From positions 1 to 6,911 of IMG/VR virus record IMGVR_UViG_3300045988_000843: a stretch of 6,911 nt of DNA. One strand, written 5' to 3'. Below are positions 4,487-6,911 of this stretch, in pieces. Position 1 is the first letter of the stretch; each line of letters starts with the position of its first letter. The notes below the pieces were generated by a model. The model saw only the letters and a program-made list of their open reading frames with translations, searched no databases and was not told the origin of the DNA. The position numbers and the translations under genes are program-made. This DNA comes from a virus.

Positions 4487-6040
4487 ATGGCTTTATTTCC
4501 TCGATGCAATAATCCTGTTTCTGTCGTTGGTCGGCATGGTGTTACTCTTGTTGGTTGCCACACGTGTATTCAATGCCGTGTTGCCTCCCAGGAGCATCTT
4601 TTCAAAATACTTGAGGTAGAAGCTTCCAAACATAAATATGTTGAATTTCTTACCAATACATATGATGATAAACATCTTCCGTATATAGATACTTCTTATA
4701 TGTATCCGTTTGGTTATGCTGTCCGTGTTCCTAACCGGGTTATTAAAAAATATAATCGTAGAACTAAAAGTTTTTATTTTGTTGAGGATAAAATTTCTAA
4801 GTCTTTTCAACTTACAGATTTTGGAACTATAGATACTGTTGCTATGCTTCGTGACTACTATGCACGTATTGACAAATATTATAGCAGATTTCCGTCTCGG
4901 TCACGGGGTATACGTAATAATTCTGTTATCCCCATACTTTGGTATGATGATATTAGAAAATATATAGGTCGTTTAAGAAAATGGTTTTTAAAAGAATATG
5001 GTGAAAAAATACGCTACTACATTATTTGCGAGTACGGTACACAATCATTCCGTCCGCATTATCACATCCTACTATTCCACGACTCGCCTAGAGCGAGAGC
5101 AGATTTTAGGAATGTTCGGTCTTTGCCAATGTCCACAAAAGACAATTCAAGGGAAGTTTGTATTAAACTCGATTTGGCTCAATTATGGCTCTATGGTGAT
5201 ACGACTACAAAGGTTACCGATGGCAATATGCAAGAATACGTTTCTAAGTATCTTACACAACATTCTGATTTCCCTCGAGTGCTTGTTAAGTTTCCACAAA
5301 GGAGTTTTCACTCAATCTTATTGGGTTCAAAGAGCAAATCAGAGATTAAAGAACTTTTTACCTCTAGAGACTTCGAAGCACTTACAACAGATTATGTTGT
5401 TAACAAAAAAGGTGTCAGACGCCTTATTTCCATGTCAGATGCGTATTACTCTCAATTGTCCGTCAGATTTACAGGTTCTTCCTTCTTTGATGTTAACGCA
5501 ACTTCTTCCCTATTTCGTTCGGTGGTATTCTGCGCCCGCCGATTCTTCGGTTCGTCAGGTGAAATTTATAACGATTCATTCGTAAGGGAGTTTATGTTGT
5601 GGGTACTTGACCCAGATACTTCTGCGTTATATAAATATATTTATCAGTATCGAGCTGTTCGTCGGTATGTTGAAACTTTTGCTAAACCGATATATAACAG
5701 TTCCGGTTCTGTCAATCCTTTAAAGTCATTGCTTTATGCTGCACATCATCACTATTCGCTATCATCCTATTTAGGTTTGGATTCGTACACATGTTTAAAA
5801 TTACGTTTTGATTTCATTGCCTGGAAAGATTATCAAAATATGGTTCAGTATTTTCAAGCTTTGGAAGATGATAAACTCTTTGCGTATGAAAATTACGCTA
5901 GTATGTCTCCTTTTACGGGAACATATGATTTTGATATTTTAAAAACACGCTCTATTTTTCAGTATCAAGTTCAAAAAGCTAATATGGATTATACTGAAAA
6001 TATTAAACATAGAGCGGTTGTGGATTCTTATAAAAATTAA
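4487..6040 (+). CDS. VP4: Replication initiation protein VP4 (phiX174 gpA-like HUH rolling-circle endonuclease), 517 aa
   Basis: An N-terminal Cys cluster (C7 ... GCHTCIQCR) is like the CG.C..CR box of microvirus VP4. Motif I is FLTNTY (4646..4663). The HUH motif is RPHYHILLF (5051..5077; H-Y-H at 5057..5065). The catalytic two-tyrosine motif is YVSKY (5237..5251), compare YVAKY in phiX174 gpA. There is no Walker A motif, as expected for this family. Confidence 0.95.
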   Translation: MALFPRCNNPVSVVGRHGVTLVGCHTCIQCRVASQEHLFKILEVEASKHKYVEFLTNTYDDKHLPYIDTSYMYPFGYAVRVPNRVIKKYNRRTKSFYFVEDKISKSFQLTDFGTIDTVAMLRDYYARIDKYYSRFPSRSRGIRNNSVIPILWYDDIRKYIGRLRKWFLKEYGEKIRYYIICEYGTQSFRPHYHILLFHDSPRARADFRNVRSLPMSTKDNSREVCIKLDLAQLWLYGDTTTKVTDGNMQEYVSKYLTQHSDFPRVLVKFPQRSFHSILLGSKSKSEIKELFTSRDFEALTTDYVVNKKGVRRLISMSDAYYSQLSVRFTGSSFFDVNATSSLFRSVVFCARRFFGSSGEIYNDSFVREFMLWVLDPDTSALYKYIYQYRAVRRYVETFAKPIYNSSGSVNPLKSLLYAAHHHYSLSSYLGLDSYTCLKLRFDFIAWKDYQNMVQYFQALEDDKLFAYENYASMSPFTGTYDFDILKTRSIFQYQVQKANMDYTENIKHRAVVDSYKN

Positions 6041-6044
6041 TTTT

Positions 6045-6911
6045 ATGGCTAATAAAGTTTTAGGTATGCATCGCCTTAAAAATAAGGTGAATAGAAATGC
6101 ATTTGATTTGTCTCATCGTCATATGTTTACTGCACAGATTGGCGAATTGTTACCTGTGTTTTCTCAATGGGTAAATCCTAATGAGACTTTTAAGATTGGT
6201 TATAATGGTAAAACTCGTACTGCTGCGCTTAATACTGATGCGTTCACTCGTATTCGTGAGAATATTCAGTACTATTTTGTACCTTTTCAGTCTCTTTGGA
6301 AGTATTTTGAGCAACAGGTTAATAATATGACTAAAGGTGACGCCGGACAGAATATTTCAAAGTTTGCTAGTAGTTCGACAGAAGCTTCTAAGATTTCTAC
6401 TTCTATGCCTTATATTTCTTATGTAGATTTAGCTTCTTGGTTAGACCTCATGTATCAGCACACTCTTTCGGCATTTGCCGATTATTTTAAAGCTGTTCCT
6501 AATTATGCTGCTCGTTCTGCTGTTAAATTTAGGGATTGGTGTAATGCATCATCTTCGTATAGAGATGTTTTCGTTTGTGATGGTTACCGTCTTTGCCGTG
6601 CTGCTAAATTGTTGATGGCTTTAGGTTATGGTAATTTTAGTGCTGTTATTCAGTATGATGTTTATGCTATGGCTACTGAGTTTATTCGTGATGAAGTGAC
6701 TTTTGATATTTCAGATTTTAATGATTCCGGCTATTCTTTGGACTTTACTTCTTTTGAGGCGTCTTCAATCACGAATAGTCCTAATTTGTCTTTGTTTCCG
6801 CTCTTGGCTTATCACAAGATTTGCAATGACCATTATCGTAATGAAAAATGGCAGCCTTTCGAACCGTGGACTTGTAACATTGATTATTTGGGACCTAGTG
6901 ATAATATGAAC
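6045..6911 (+). CDS. VP1: Major capsid protein VP1 (phiX174 F-like), N-terminal part. It runs off the window end and continues at position 1. Non-redundant part is 6045..6770 (242 codons).
   Basis: ATG at 6045, 5 nt after the rep stop. I translated every codon to 6911 and found no stop. The ORF is missing from the supplied track. N-terminus MANKVLGMHRLKNKVNRNAFDLSHRHMFTAQIGELLPVF...TRTAALNTDAFTRIRENIQYYFVPFQSLW matches the conserved microvirus capsid N-terminal pattern (N.FDLSH..FT...GEL.PV ... LNT.AF.R ... YFVP). 6771 is codon position 1, the same phase as position 1 of the window. Confidence 0.93.
   Translation, partial: MANKVLGMHRLKNKVNRNAFDLSHRHMFTAQIGELLPVFSQWVNPNETFKIGYNGKTRTAALNTDAFTRIRENIQYYFVPFQSLWKYFEQQVNNMTKGDAGQNISKFASSSTEASKISTSMPYISYVDLASWLDLMYQHTLSAFADYFKAVPNYAARSAVKFRDWCNASSSYRDVFVCDGYRLCRAAKLLMALGYGNFSAVIQYDVYAMATEFIRDEVTFDISDFNDSGYSLDFTSFEASSITNSPNLSLFPLLAYHKICNDHYRNEKWQPFEPWTCNIDYLGPSDNMN
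6771..6911. repeat. Terminal direct repeat, right copy (redundant with 1..141)
   Basis: Identical to 1..141. Removing it gives a 6770-nt circle in which the VP1 frame is unbroken. Confidence 0.97.

Noticed and set aside
382-4810. Seven minus-strand ORFs of 61 to 156 aa: 382..600, 745..1107, 1314..1502, 1970..2440, 2528..2713, 3825..4046 and 4493..4810.
   Set aside because: All are antisense to well-supported + strand genes. Their products are Ile/Ser/Asn/Arg-rich, the mirror of NNT codon bias. Microviridae transcribe one strand only, and none has a recognisable motif.
6703-6909. A 68-aa hydrophobic ORF lies at the window end.
   Set aside because: It is an alternative frame of VP1 and lies partly in the duplicated 141 nt. 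On the circle it would stop at TAG 161..163. It is a compositional artefact.

Overview
This window is one complete, circularly permuted genome of a small ssDNA phage of the family Microviridae. Bases 1..141 are identical to 6771..6911, so the unit length is 6770 nt and the linear ends are an assembly overlap. All credible genes lie on the + strand, which is T-rich. None has a Shine-Dalgarno sequence. Gene order on the circle: replication initiator VP4 (4487..6040, HUH/two-tyrosine Rep), then major capsid protein VP1 (6045..6770 joined to 1..1326, 683 aa, split by linearisation; its N-terminal half is absent from the supplied ORF track). A 149-aa charged protein follows (1344..1793), then the DNA pilot/minor capsid protein VP2 (1790..3259) and a strong intrinsic terminator. 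Next comes a 619-nt noncoding region, unusually long for this family (3260..3878). Three small ORFan genes complete the circle (3879..4477). Large VP1 and VP4, genome size, absent SD sites and a Bacteroides-type -33/-7 promoter match all point to an Alpavirinae-like microvirus of a Bacteroidota host. That assignment rests on remembered motifs, not a database search. The parts not explained by standard microvirus biology are the structured noncoding region, a 72-aa membrane/lipoprotein-like gene, the ORFan trio, and a 195-codon ORF nested in rep. The noncoding region holds a 65-nt compound hairpin with alternating purine-pyrimidine arms and a second nested hairpin. I see no CRISPR array, tRNA/rRNA, transposase, integrase or defence-system genes.
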